A stretch of 36,738 nucleotides of DNA, from positions 1 through 36,738 of the forward strand of contig JAUCBJ010004038.1 of assembly GCA_032718475.1 (NCBI GenBank), written 5' to 3'. The DNA comes from Nemertoderma westbladi (taxonomy: Eukaryota; Animalia; Xenacoelomorpha). Each line of letters opens with the position of its first letter. The stretch's first letter is position 1. The notes below the pieces were generated by a model, which did not search any database, was not told the origin of the DNA, and saw nothing but the letters and a program-made list of their open reading frames with translations. The position numbers and the translations under genes are program-made. Below are positions 8,055-19,976 of the stretch, piece after piece.

Positions 8055-10410
8055 GTTCAATTTTAAACGTTAATAACTCGGCCAATCTTTGATGAAATCT
8101 ATCCAAACTTGGTACACATGTTGTATGGCAAAAGTTTAGAAATTTTCCAAGTAGAATTTCCGTGTGGCCTTCGAGAAGCTAAGATAATAGCAGTTAATTA
8201 GTTAATTAAGTTGATTACGGTAAAAACACCATTTTCAACCTGCCTTTTAAAGGAAATTAATTGTTTTACAGTATAAGACTTCAATAATTATACTTAAAAA
8301 ATATACAGATGTAATCCGCATACTCCATTCTATTATAGTTTTTAATTAGTTCAAGTGATTTGCTTTAATAATCGTGTCTTTAATTGATCTTAAGTAATTA
8401 AACCGGCATAAAAAATGTATTCTCATTAAATACTGCTCATTTATTGGTTAACATCCAAGTTGGCTTGATTCCCAGCAACACTTGAGGTATTCAGTCAGCC
8501 TTGCTTGTAAGAGGCAGACTGCTGCTGCTGCTAGTAGCCATCCATTCACTCACTCTCCATTGAACTGGCTGATTGGAGGTGTGTGTGTATCGGGTTCAAT
8601 GACATTAATATTATTACTAAAGTAACGTCGGGATGTTAATATTCACTGGAGCTATGAGTCTCTCTGGTTAGTTGAATGAATGAAATAAATAATTGTTTTA
8701 CTGTTCCGAATATCAATGTTTATTTCTGTAGGCCAACTTACTGTATTATTATTTAATCTAAATGTACATAATAGTTTAAATAAATTATTTCACAATTTCA
8801 TTCCAATTCATACTGCTTACGCAACCATGCTAATTAGGTATATTAAATGGCAGGATTGTTTTTAATTAAAATTTTTACAGAGCAAACAAGTATATTGTAT
8901 TTAACTGAAAGTTAATTTATTTCGGTAAGTAGGCCTTGCGGTTTGTTAGTTTAGTTAGTATAATAAGTATCAAATATATTACGTGCTGCTGTACAGTAAA
9001 CGCGGCTTTGCGTTATTGAATTACAGAATTGGCGGTACAAAGTACATTAATAGGGATCAGGCATATTGCATTTATATAATTGTTGTTGTAAATGTACAAT
9101 AATATGCGCCACTTTTATTTTAGTAACTGCAATGTGTATTTCATTTGTACCTGCAACCCATTAAAAAGGGCAGCTGAACATATCGCGGACAGGCTGACTA
9201 TTCACCATAACAAAAAAACCCAAATCGCCGCAGTTCCACTTACAGTTCCATATTATTCTGTTTTGCAATTCAACCCAATTTATCTGCTCTCTGCTACACG
9301 CGGTTTTATCCACGAGTTTTGTAAAGTCCCGACTTATCGGGAATGACATGAACTTAGCGTCCGGAATATTCTGATCAGATTAAATCTACTTGGCGCTGTA
9401 ATACTGCATCCCGTTGTACCAGAAGTTATTAAAACATACCGGCCCCTCAAATGCGCTTGCAGTGGGTTAGAGAACAACATATACCGCCCCAGTACAACCG
9501 CTATTTTGATAAGGTCCAATATATAATATATATATATGGTCTAACATATGATAGTTCACTAATCAGCTAATAGGCCTATTAATTCGTGAGATTTCAATTT
9601 ATAAATAAAACTAATATACGAGCTCATATGAGCTCAATTGATTGATTGATTGAAGGTATGACCGTTGTTGTGGGGGACTAGGTCTACCTGTCTAGCAGCT
9701 AATAACTCGTCCGTGGAGAGAATAATATAAGTCGAGGAACATAACGAAACGCGTTTAATTTATTTATTTATTCCAATTGGGGATGCTTTCTAACGCGGGA
9801 ATGCGGTGCTATTAAACATCAACACATTCCTGCGCGTGCGTCGATATTGTGCACCCTAATACTAACAACCCACCCAGACACCCCCTACCCCTCACCCCCC
9901 CCCCCCCCCCCCCCCCATCACCCAACATTACTATGTATAGATCAATGCAGCTCAATATATTAGTAAAGGTATCGTCTGATTAGCTTTCCTACACATGACC
10001 TCTTATCCTTGTAGTTGTTTATTTATTTACACTATTTTTTGTTGAGTAAATCTTTCTGATAGGGGGGACTTACTCTGGACGAGCGCAACGATTGAACGAC
10101 GCGTATAATAATTAAGACGAGTACGGCGTTGATTATATTCATATACACCACCTGGCTTTGCATATTTAACGTGCGATTGGAAATAAGTTCGTTCTACCCT
10201 TCCGTGGGTGGTAGATGTCACGGTTATGTATTGGTGGTTGAGAAGGGTGGGGGGGGGGGATTAAAAGGGGTGAACACGTACTGTCCCCCTTTCATTGATT
10301 GATTGGTGGTGTGGGTAAATTTCTCAAAACCTGATTTTGTGATACAGTCGCTTAATTTTAATTTGTATCTCATAACTGGACCTCGTGCTGCGCGAAGGCC
10401 CCACGAACGT

Positions 10411-10428
10411 GTTCTTTTTGTTTTCCAG
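10411..10428 (+). promoter_or_regulatory. Strong 3' splice acceptor 116 nt upstream of the FKBP8 ATG (5'UTR intron or trans-splice site)
   Basis: GTTCTTTTTGTTTTCCAG polypyrimidine tract plus CAG. Confidence 0.5.
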
Positions 10429-10544
10429 TACTGACTCTGACAGCAAGTACAGAAGTACCGTGGTACAGTGGTTCAGTACAGATACCGTAGCTGAGTACTG
10501 GAGTAGGCAAGGTGCAAGGCCTAACGCAGTTTTTCTTGCACGCA

Positions 10545-12581
10545 ATGGAAATTGAAACGGTTGATACTCCGTCGGTTATCATGAACGGAACAAACTGCGA
10601 ACCGCAAACTGAAATCGTCCAGGATGGGCTAAGCGTCTCCAACACAAACGAAACCCCGCCTACCGGAACCGGCAGTTGCAGCTTATTCGCGACTCATGGA
10701 AACGACACCGCTGCATCGGTACCAGTAGATATCAACGGGGATCTGTCTCAGGGGGATATACTAATAGACGATAAACTGGATAACTACCACGATATCTCAT
10801 CAAAATCGCTGTCAGAGCAACATTTAACGGAGGATAGCGAGACAGATAATAATAGATCTGCCTCGCAGCCGACTGCCTCTCTTGGAGACAGTGTGGTTCT
10901 GTTGCATGACGATGACGTCATTTGTCTCGATTCCCCGGACAAAGTTCATTCCCCGTATCAAAGAGATTTGTCGGTTTCCCCGGGTGACGTGACTGTTGTT
11001 TACGACCAGGGAGATAAAATAAAAACACATATAAGTGACGGAATAGGATCTGAGAACGATAAAAATGAAACAGAAAACGTTAAGAATGAACCTGAAAACT
11101 ATAACATTGAACCACAAGACGATAAAAATTGGCAAGAAAAATATGAAATTGAACAAGAAAACGATGAAATTGAACAAGAACACGATGAAATTGAACCAAA
11201 TGAAACTTACAATGGAATCCCTGACCGCGAAACTGAAGTTCTACAAGAAAGAAACGATAAACTACAGCGACTTGCGACCCCTGCCGACTTCCCTATGGAC
11301 GTCCCAGAAGAATCAGTTGACCTCCAGACAGGGGACGTCCCACTAGAAGAGCCAGACGTCCCAGTAGAGGTCCCAGACGTCCCAGTAGAGGTCCCAGACA
11401 TCCCAGTAGAGGACCCAGACCTCACACTAGAGGACCCAGGCGTCCCAGTAGAGGTCCCAGACGTCCCACTAGAGGACCCAGACGTTCCAGTAGAGGTCCC
11501 AGACGTCCCACTAGAGGACCCGGACTTCCCAGTAGAGGTCCCAGACATCCCAGTAGAGGTCCCAGACATCCCAGTAGAGGACCCAGACATCCCAGTAGAG
11601 GACCCAGACATCCCAGTAGACCTCCCTTGGACGGACGTCCTAAACAACGGACTCATCAAGAAACGCATAATAACCCCGGGTGAGGGCTCTACACCACGCC
11701 GCTACGCCAACTGCGTTATCAGCTACAGCGAGACGCTCCCTAACGGAACTCGGATCTCCTGCACGGAGAACCGCACCGTGGCGGTCGGGGAGGCGGCCTG
11801 GGTGCCCGTCTGGGACGTGGTGGCGCCCACACTGCGTAGCGGCGAGCGCTGTGAGCTGGACGTGGCCCCCCGCTACGCGTACGGGCCCCTCGGACTGCCC
11901 CCGGAGGTGCCCCCGGACACGCGGATGCGGTTCGAGTTGCGCCTGCATTCCTTATCCCCCGAGACGGATTACGCCGCTCTCTCGCAGAACCAACGCGTGT
12001 TAGCGGCGGATTCGAGACGCGACAGAGGGAACCACTGGTTCACCCGAGGGGAGTATCTACACGCGATAACTAGCTACTCACGGGCCGTGAGTGTCTTAAA
12101 GAAAGTAGAGAAAGATGTTGACAACTCGAAAGAAATTAAAGATTTATTGGTCGTCTGTTTAAAGAATATGGCTGCAGCTCAATTAAAGACAGAAGCGTAC
12201 GACGCTTGCTTGTTCAGTTGTAACGCGGCTCTCGATTTAGAACCAAATGACACTAAAGCTTTGTTTCGTAAAGGGAAAGTTTTAGCGTTAAAAGGTTTAA
12301 TTGGTGAGGCGGTTTCCACTCTGAAAGCGGCTCTCAAACAGGATCCCAGCAATAAGATAATCCATAAGGAGCTATCCGAGCTGGTTCGCAAGCAGACAGC
12401 CCAGCGGGGAGCCGAGAAGGAGTTGTACAGTAAGATGTTCGGTGTAGCGGGAGCCCAACCGACGGTCGGCGGTGGGGGTAATCCCGGTTGGTTCACTTGG
12501 ACTCGGGTTGGCTGGGGCGTGGCCACGGCGGTGCTCGCTGTCGCAGCCATAGCCGCAACTAAGTTGATACACCGAATGTAG
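10545..12581 (+). CDS. FKBP8: FKBP8/FKBP38-like peptidyl-prolyl isomerase, 678 aa, single coding exon, nested antisense in the collagen intron 3810-13379
   Basis: Acidic N-terminus; FKBP domain (WTDVLNNGLIKKRIITPG...GERCELDVAPRYAYGPLGLPPEVPPDTRMRFEL); three TPRs (RDRGNHWF.., KNMAAAQLK.., KALFRKGKVL); calmodulin-binding-like helix KIIHKELSELVRK...LYSKMFG; C-terminal tail anchor GWGVATAVLAVAAIAA. First ATG at 10545 (the ORF track starts at an upstream GTG). Confidence 0.92.
   Translation: MEIETVDTPSVIMNGTNCEPQTEIVQDGLSVSNTNETPPTGTGSCSLFATHGNDTAASVPVDINGDLSQGDILIDDKLDNYHDISSKSLSEQHLTEDSETDNNRSASQPTASLGDSVVLLHDDDVICLDSPDKVHSPYQRDLSVSPGDVTVVYDQGDKIKTHISDGIGSENDKNETENVKNEPENYNIEPQDDKNWQEKYEIEQENDEIEQEHDEIEPNETYNGIPDRETEVLQERNDKLQRLATPADFPMDVPEESVDLQTGDVPLEEPDVPVEVPDVPVEVPDIPVEDPDLTLEDPGVPVEVPDVPLEDPDVPVEVPDVPLEDPDFPVEVPDIPVEVPDIPVEDPDIPVEDPDIPVDLPWTDVLNNGLIKKRIITPGEGSTPRRYANCVISYSETLPNGTRISCTENRTVAVGEAAWVPVWDVVAPTLRSGERCELDVAPRYAYGPLGLPPEVPPDTRMRFELRLHSLSPETDYAALSQNQRVLAADSRRDRGNHWFTRGEYLHAITSYSRAVSVLKKVEKDVDNSKEIKDLLVVCLKNMAAAQLKTEAYDACLFSCNAALDLEPNDTKALFRKGKVLALKGLIGEAVSTLKAALKQDPSNKIIHKELSELVRKQTAQRGAEKELYSKMFGVAGAQPTVGGGGNPGWFTWTRVGWGVATAVLAVAAIAATKLIHRM
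11052..11198 (+). repeat. Coding 21-bp (7-aa) degenerate repeat, 7 units
   Basis: ENDKNET ENVKNEP ENYNIEP QDDKNWQ EKYEIEQ ENDEIEQ EHDEIEP. Confidence 0.75.
11334..11627 (+). repeat. Coding 21-bp (7-aa) repeat, 14 units, D[VI]P[VL]E[VD]P
   Basis: GACGTCCCAGTAGAGGTCCCA-type units immediately before the FKBP domain. Confidence 0.95.
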
Positions 12582-12682
12582 AACGTTGGTGGCGTTGTAG
12601 TAAGGAGAGTGAGTAGCTGTCACGGAATTATCGCACTCACACCGCTTCGGCTTGGATCAAATCGGATTCACGTTACACGTGT

Positions 12683-12688
12683 AATAAA
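12683..12688 (+). terminator. Candidate polyadenylation signal for FKBP8
   Basis: AATAAA about 100 nt after the stop codon; another at about 12900; the region is AT-rich, so specificity is low. Confidence 0.35.
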
Positions 12689-13379
12689 ACTATTTGCAAC
12701 TGACTCTATTTCCCTTCTAGTAGTAACTAACTGTGCTATATGTAATGCAATTATTATAAGTATTGCGGAGTTGATTTGTAATTCAGTTTTGATTAAAAAC
12801 AATTCGATATTTATTATCGCATGCTAATTAATATCCCCCCTATTGGATAATAATAATTATATAAATAACTTTATAATTTACTACGGAAATAATATAAATA
12901 ATAAATATAGTTTCAGTTTATCTACTATTTCATTTTAATTTCCTTCCATTTTATTAAATATCTATGAACAAACCCAGGTTACAGAGGGGATTAATCTAAC
13001 CAAAACAATAAACGAATTAGTATATGTTATAATATAGAGATAAGAGCTAAAAAACCCTACAAATTCATCATATTTACCAGAGTATAGCGTATATAGGTTA
13101 TACCACCCGCCTAGGGTCACAAGTAAAATTAGTGAAAAAAGTATAAACAGTGAAGCGGCCCAGACCACATCGCACAAACGGTTTCATATTATTATTATTT
13201 GTCGTATGTGTTTATTCACAATAACTGATAGTAACCGACCCAGTAAATGTAATCGATTCGCTTCACGACCGAACGTTTTAGTTGGGACGTTTTGTGGGAC
13301 TTTTTATACTGATAAAGTTAACTTTATTATACATTTATTTTATGAATTAACATACGGTACATTATCACCACCCACTAAC

Positions 13380-13523
13380 CGTTCCTTCCCGGTTCTCCAT
13401 TGGCTCCCGGCTCGCCACTCCTCCCACCTTTCCCGGATTCTCCCTTATCCCCTTTAATTCCTTCAACATCGGCTCCCCCTGGGGCTCCACGGTCACCAGA
13501 CTTCCCAGGATCTCCTTTATCTC
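13380..13523 (-). CDS. Collagen exon F
   Basis: TTCAG acceptor, ACG|GTTAGT donor; (G)DKGDPGKSGDRGAPGGADVEGIKGDKGESGKGGRSGEPGANGEPGRN(G); 144 nt, phase 1 to 1. Confidence 0.9.
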
Positions 13524-13898
13524 CTGAAGTAAATAAAATTACGAACCAATAAATTTACTTTCAATTTCCGAATAAAGTAAACTAAATATACCAGTCAATA
13601 TAGTCTATATAAATAATATAGCCTATGGCACCAAAATAAATTCAATCTAAAACATAAAATGTCTATAAAATATATTTTAGCGGATCATATTTCTTCGTGG
13701 AAATTTTAGAGAAAATTGTATCGAATTGAAGTCTAACTTATTTCGAATCAAGTTGCCAATGAAATTCAGAATTTGACACGTTTTTATTTTGAATAACTTT
13801 GAGCGATGTAAATAAATTAAATTTTTTAGCCGCTTTGTGTACAACCGCAGCCAATTGGCGGTTGTGGCTATTGAATGTTTTAGCAGTTAAATAAATAT

Positions 13899-16231
13899 GG
13901 GTCAATAAGCTTAAAAGTGGCCAATGGTTTGTCCGGAAGTTACGATATAATTTTAAATGCTTTAATTTATTCTTATATAATAAAGTTATATATTATTCTG
14001 TAGCTAATTTATTTGCGCAGCTTACGCACTAAAATTTATCAAAATCTGTAAAGGCAGTCAGAAGATATGCCCCATCAAAGACTGAAATATCGTGAAAATC
14101 AGTTGTCCCTTACATGACAAGACCACAAACAACTGTAAATTTTATCACCCCAAGTGGCAAATATATAGAAAACCTATATATTGTTGGGAAGCTTAGATGT
14201 TTTGCTTTCTTTTCCGATATATTTCAGGCCATAATATTCATGTTGAAACATTTGAGATCGATACATAAAATGGGCATGGATTTTTCAATTTTTGTGTCAC
14301 ATCTGTAACATTTACGTCTAGAATCTGAAGTAGTAACTGTAGGTTTACAGTTTTGATATATTTAGAATCTACAGGGTTTCTAACATATATAGGCCAAATA
14401 TCACATACAAAGGGTAAGGTAATCTCATTTGGGAAGCATTTATGTTTAACAAAGTCAATATAGAAAGCATAAACGTCCATATCTGTAACGCTACAAATGT
14501 GGCCATAGATTTTGATAATATTAATCTCATACAAGTATAATGGTACGTGTGGAAAGGCAATTTTAATTTATGCCGCATCAACCCCAAGAGTTAATGTGAT
14601 AAATAAACACCTATGATGTATGGCGGTGGAAAGCGTTTTTGTCAACCATCTGTAACGCGTCACCGTTACAGTGCAGTGCGTTACAGATAGGGCATGTCTC
14701 ATCTGTAACGCATTATATAACCAGTTATCGATGCGTTACAGACTGTAGGTTTTCAGTCCAATCTATATGACAGTCCTATCTGTAACGGAGTGTCACCCTG
14801 AAATACAATAAGGCATCACTGTCAATATTTGAATGCCTACGCGTTTGATACGTTCTTCGTCTTCCTACTGACATCCTAACTGCTCATGGTAATGTGGTAG
14901 TGTAAGATGGGTAAGTGTAAAACGCGGAACCGGATGCAGGATCCGGATCGGTTCTCGAATTTTGAGGTTAAAACGCGGATCCGGGTTTTCATGAAATCCG
15001 GAAATGAGTGCAAAATGCGAATTCAATCTAATTTGAATTCGCAAGTGTTACTGGATCCTCCCGTAAGGGGAGTAAAACACGGATTCATGTTTATCTCTAT
15101 CCGGGAAGAAGTGATTGTGGATTCTAGGGAGTAAAGCGCAGATTCACTTCACATATGAAATTGTATGAATCCAGAGCTTCTGGGTCCGTGGTAAATAATT
15201 TAAGAATTAATTGCAAATATATACAATCTCCATCTTATAAATTATAAAAGTAGGCCTTTAAATAAAATGTGCTTTCTGCAGAATTTCGCTTTATTTCGTT
15301 TAGAATTGTAGAAGATACATTTCCTACAAACAGTGTTTTTTTAACATACAATATATTGTACAGACGGTACTTTGCCCTGTTTCGTTTTGCGTTTTTCGTT
15401 ATTAGGCTTCCCTGCATAGGCGCGTAATTTATTACAACAATGCTGATAGCAATGATCCTCATAGCATATAAAAGGCCTATGCCCTATATTTTACTATCAA
15501 TTTCTACATCATTGGCTTAACATCACTCACTGACTTACATGAAGGACTTGTGCATTACTTATATTATTGTGATAAGTTTAGTCAGATCCGTTTATTGGAT
15601 GTGGTAATAGACTTCTCTGAATCAGTTGCAGAGAAACGCCAGGGAGCGGTTAAATAAGTACAGAGGAAAAATGGACCTCGGTTGTTATACAGAGTATTTT
15701 AAACAAGCATATAAAAAGCGGCGCGATAAAGAAAATTTAACACGAGATAAAAAAAACTCGTGTAAAACAAGATTATCGGTTACACAGAAAAATGTTAATG
15801 AAAAACTTTTTATGTTTATTGGAAATCATGTGTATTAAGTACATATAATTTAAGGGATGCGATGGTTATGGGCAGATATCGCTGTTTGTTACAGATGTTT
15901 GTCCAATAAATTACCTTATTGTCGAAGCAATAAGTTATAAATACTGCAAAATCCATATAACATAATTACCGTTACAGATGGCCGTTACAGACGTTTGTCC
16001 CAAAAATGTCATCACTGTAATGCGTTACAGTGGTAGACAAAAACGTTACAGATATGACATTAGTTTTTGCCATATATCTCCCTTTGAGCAGCGCGTCATG
16101 CTCTCCCTCTACCATCACAAGATTCGCCATGAAATTATCTTTCGAATGGTGTATGGTATGGCACTAATTTCCGACAAAAATTTTTTGGTCAATTTGTACC
16201 CCCTTTTGGCCACTTTTAAGCTTATTGACCC
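13899..16231. mobile_element. Non-autonomous TIR DNA transposon, Sola2-like
   Basis: Perfect 26-bp TIRs GGGTCAATAAGCTTAAAAGTGGCCAA, flanked by ATAT on both sides (4-bp TSD); GRG...CYC termini; many internal ATCTGTAAC/GTTACAGAT motifs; no transposase ORF. Confidence 0.75.
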
Positions 16232-16463
16232 ATATTGGTTTGTAAATATCCCGTTATAAAGTTGTCGATAATTCTAATTCAACAGATTATTGTATGCCGC
16301 TCATATCTTTCTGATCTCATAAAAACATTATCTTATTTCACATTGCGGAATTATGAAATATAAATCAAATTTATACGGGGATTTACTAAAGGGATTTAGC
16401 TTGTCTCGTGTTGTTGAAACAAAAAAAAGCGATCAACTATACAACCTCCCTGTCGTTATTCAC

Positions 16464-16619
16464 CTTTTGATCCATCTCTCCCATCTTCACCCCGGTCTCC
16501 TCTCTCTCCCGTCGACTCCCCTTTACGCCCCTTACTCCCTTTATCCCCCTTGTTTCCTTCAGCACCAGGCGGTCCATCAACACCATTGTATCCAGGTGGT
16601 CCATCTATCCCCTTATGAC
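16464..16619 (-). CDS. Collagen exon E
   Basis: CGCAG acceptor, AAG|GTGAAT donor; (G)HKGIDGPPGYNGVDGPPGAEGNKGDKGSKGRKGESTGERGDRGEDGRDGSK(G); 156 nt, phase 1 to 1. Confidence 0.9.
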
Positions 16620-17808
16620 CTGCGAGAAAGTAAATTCGTTAAACAACATAACAAAAAAGTAAAGTAAATTTTCTTTCGCCGTTAGGCCAGGGATTACGCA
16701 GAAAGTATGACGACTTAAAGGACGCATATATCCTCCTTTGTGAAAAAAAGTCACCATAACTTTTTCTCTATTTTTTTTTCAAAATTCTGTTCGTTCATTT
16801 TATTGCACAGTTTCTGAGCATTCCAAATAAAAAAACAGATTGAAAATTGGCTCACAAATGGCGGAGAAAACGTGTTTCCCATTTTTTACTAGGTTCAAAA
16901 AATCGTTTTGAGTGAAATCGCTTTTAGAGTTCGGTTATAATAATTCAAACCTTCCCGGATTTTTTCCCTTTTCCTTTGTAGTGTTTTTCGAATCAATCTT
17001 TGGTGCAAATTTTGTACCTAATAAAAAGTAACAAACAAAACCAAATTGGCAACATAACAAAATTGATTTTAACAATATTTAGCAGGATGAAAGAAAGCCT
17101 TCGCGCAGCACGTGAAATTAAGTGAAGCCTTATTTATAGAACAAATATTACTTTCTTATTAGAATATTAGAGTATTACACATATGACTAACATGAAACTT
17201 GAATTAAGACTAATACAAAACAAAATAAGTAGTTCTGAAATCATTTACTAGAGGATAGATGTTAACTTTTTATTACTATTAAGAAAGGTTAACTTTTCCC
17301 CTCTATGGAATAAAACGCTACTTTTCATATTTTAGTTTTCACAATAATCACAAGTTTTCACTTTCTTTCACAAACTTTCACAAGTTTTTACTTCGTTTTC
17401 ACTGTTAGGGTTTTTCTGGATGGTGATTTCATTTCCAATGACAGTTTTTTCGTTTGATGGCAGCCAAACTGTATGTTTGGTTATCCGAATGTCAGTAATA
17501 TTTTGACAGACTGACTCACAGACCGACATCCACAAAGACAGACACGACGTCGTTAAATGTAAAAACTGACTTCAGAAATGAAATCTCTGACCAAGAAAAC
17601 CCGTAGAACGGAAATTTTAGCTGGGTTGTATGCTTGCTTACATTTCGACAGACTGACCGACAGACAGAGAAATGTTCAGACAGACATATAGCAGTCTAGA
17701 TTCTGCAAAATATTAGAACTGACTCGGGAAATTAAGTTACAGAATTAAAACACGGTAACAAAAGTTATAGTTATAGTAGCTATAGTTATAGTTAGTAGTA
17801 TATAGCCC

Positions 17809-17885
17809 TGGTCCCCATGAGGGGGTTGAACCCACGACCTCCGGGAGATGTGAATTCAATGAAACCTCTACACCAAAATGGGACC
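17809..17885 (-). pseudogene. tRNA-derived pseudogene or SINE head with a simple-repeat tail
   Basis: GGTCCCA...TGGGGACCA acceptor-like pairing; A box TGGTGTAGAGG; T arm GTGGGTTCAACCCCC; (CTATAA/CTA)n tail at 17763-17805; the cloverleaf is imperfect. Confidence 0.55.
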
Positions 17886-18207
17886 GACCAATCACGAAAT
17901 TTAGGTTTTGGATTAACCGGAACGACGTTTTTCGTGGTGTGTTCATAATTACAGGGTTAATTTTGCCGGGTTACAGGATTAATTAATTTTCGTTTTCTTA
18001 TATCCACGTGGTGAAAGATCTTGGGATCGTGGGAAGGGACTTACGTGGTGAAAGACCCTTCCTTGCCTTTATTAACCCTGTAATCATAAAATTGTAACTT
18101 TTAAAAATACATTTTATTTCCATTCTAGGTACTTGTAGGCCTAATCTACAAGGGAGTGCTTGTTGGTTTGCACCACCATCATTGGCGTTCTCCAACAGCT
18201 GTCTAAC

Positions 18208-18375
18208 CTTTCGGCCCAATGTCACCCTTAGCTCCTGGCTGCCCCCTTTCTCCATCATCTCCGCGCGGCCCTGGCCGGCCGGGTCCACCTGTACCTTCAC
18301 CAACACCTGGTTCACCTTTGACCCCAGATTCACCTTTATATCCTTTATCTCCCTTCAATGAGAGTCCATCGCGAC
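18208..18375 (-). CDS. Collagen exon D
   Basis: TTTAG acceptor, AAG|GTTAGA donor; (G)[55 protein letters not shown](G); 168 nt, phase 1 to 1. Confidence 0.9.
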
Positions 18376-18411
18376 CTAAATAATCAATAAAAAGTATCAG
18401 GCGTCGCTCGG

Positions 18412-19250
18412 GTTAAAAGTGGGGTCCCATAGGGTAGCATTGCGGAGTCCTAATGTTCATGGGATTTGTCAACGATGTTCCAGATTTCATCACCAACCTT
18501 ATTTATATTTTAGTGGTTGACGTGAAAAACAGTTGTATTTTGTACCCAATCCCTTCACTGACATCAGGACATCTGCAATTTGATTTGGAAGTAGGGCCTA
18601 CTCAATGCATGGAGAGATACTTGCATAGGTTTTTTTCTACCTTGACAAGTGCAAAATAATGCAAATTGGAAGAAATAACCCCAAATTCGTGTACAAGCTT
18701 GGGTCATCTACAATTAAACAAACATCCAATTAGAAGGACCTAGGTGTGATCTTTGAAAGTGATTTTCAATTTGACAGCCACCTTGCAACAATTACATAGA
18801 AGGAGAACACGGTTCATGGTTTAATGTTTCGAAGCTTCAGGAATTTAGACAAGTAATGCTTACCAGCTTATACAAATCTCTGGTCCGTCCAGTTTTAGAA
18901 TACGTTTCTCCTGTCTGGTTCCCATTCTATATAAAATCGGTCAAATACAACTCCTCGAATCAGTTCAAAGACGTGCAACCCGCCTCATTAAAAATATAAG
19001 GGACATGACATATCGAGAACGTCTCCGCTATCTTGGTCTCTATCCTACTCTGGAGTATCGTCGTCTACGCGCAGACTTAATCCAAACATATCGCATGTTA
19101 ACTGACATCGATGCTGTAGACTGGCGACATTTTTCTCAGGTCTCGAACTCTAATAATCGCGGAAAATCGCCGAACAATGTTATCACATCAGTATCTGTGA
19201 ACGCTTTCAAGTCATAACTCAATAATTACTATAAAGACCAAACCATACTA
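18412..19250 (+). mobile_element. Degenerate 5'-truncated CR1/L2-type LINE (3' half of the RT)
   Basis: SGVP*GS.., FVND, KCKIMQIGRNN, KDLGVIF, YKSLVRPVLEY.SPVW, LESVQRRATR, YRERLRYLGL..LEYRRLRADLI, SVNAFK motifs, with stops and frameshifts. Confidence 0.9.
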
Positions 19251-19976
19251 TAAAGTTCACACCATCCTGGTGGTACTAAACAGGTGGCTGAACCAGAATC
19301 TACTAAACCTTTATAATAATTTCGACCCCTATTTTTGATCGAAGATTGTGCAAATGTGCATACTCCCAATTGTTCATAGATAACCGAATTTATTGATTAT
19401 AGCGTACTTTTAGTAACACTTTTCTAACCTTCGTAGTAACATTATTTTATATATTTTTATTATTTTTAACATGTTTTATTTTGTTTTATCAGGTCGTCAT
19501 GTAATACAGTAGTAAAGTATACACAGTTGCATTTGGCTGTAACGAAATTTGGAACAACTTCAATTTCATTTAAATTGAATCAATTCAATTTTCTTTTAAT
19601 TCAATTTAAATTTTACAATTTTAATTTTATGTATTGTATTTATTTGATAGCAAAACTTTTGCCTGACATATCATAACTTAATTCTGTGAATATTGTTAGC
19701 CTTATTTTAGTCTAATAATACTAAACTTTAGTTGATTTCTGGAGAATTACGATTGCTTGAAATACTATTTAGTTACCGAAAAAGAAAAAAAAAAAAATTT
19801 AGTTACCGAAATAGTTTTTAAGGTTTACTTATTTTAATTATGCATCCATAATATTTTACTTGTTCCTTTAGATTTCTTAATGTCTGTATGTTCATTTTCT
19901 GTTTTATGGGCACCATAAGCTTTGTTTTCTTGCCACTTAATTTTATAAATGAAATGAATAATAAAATATAGTGGAG

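Noticed and set aside
9695-9760. GAAACGCGTT resembling the 3' half of a minimal hammerhead
   Set aside because: No CTGANGA and no contiguous stem II upstream.
9881-10260. Poly-C and poly-G tracts upstream of FKBP8 as G-quadruplex promoter elements
   Set aside because: Simple homopolymer tracts with no evidence of function, and their length is unreliable in assemblies.
10824-12623. Minus-strand and alternate-frame ORFs overlapping FKBP8
   Set aside because: Shadow ORFs of repetitive or GC-rich coding sequence.
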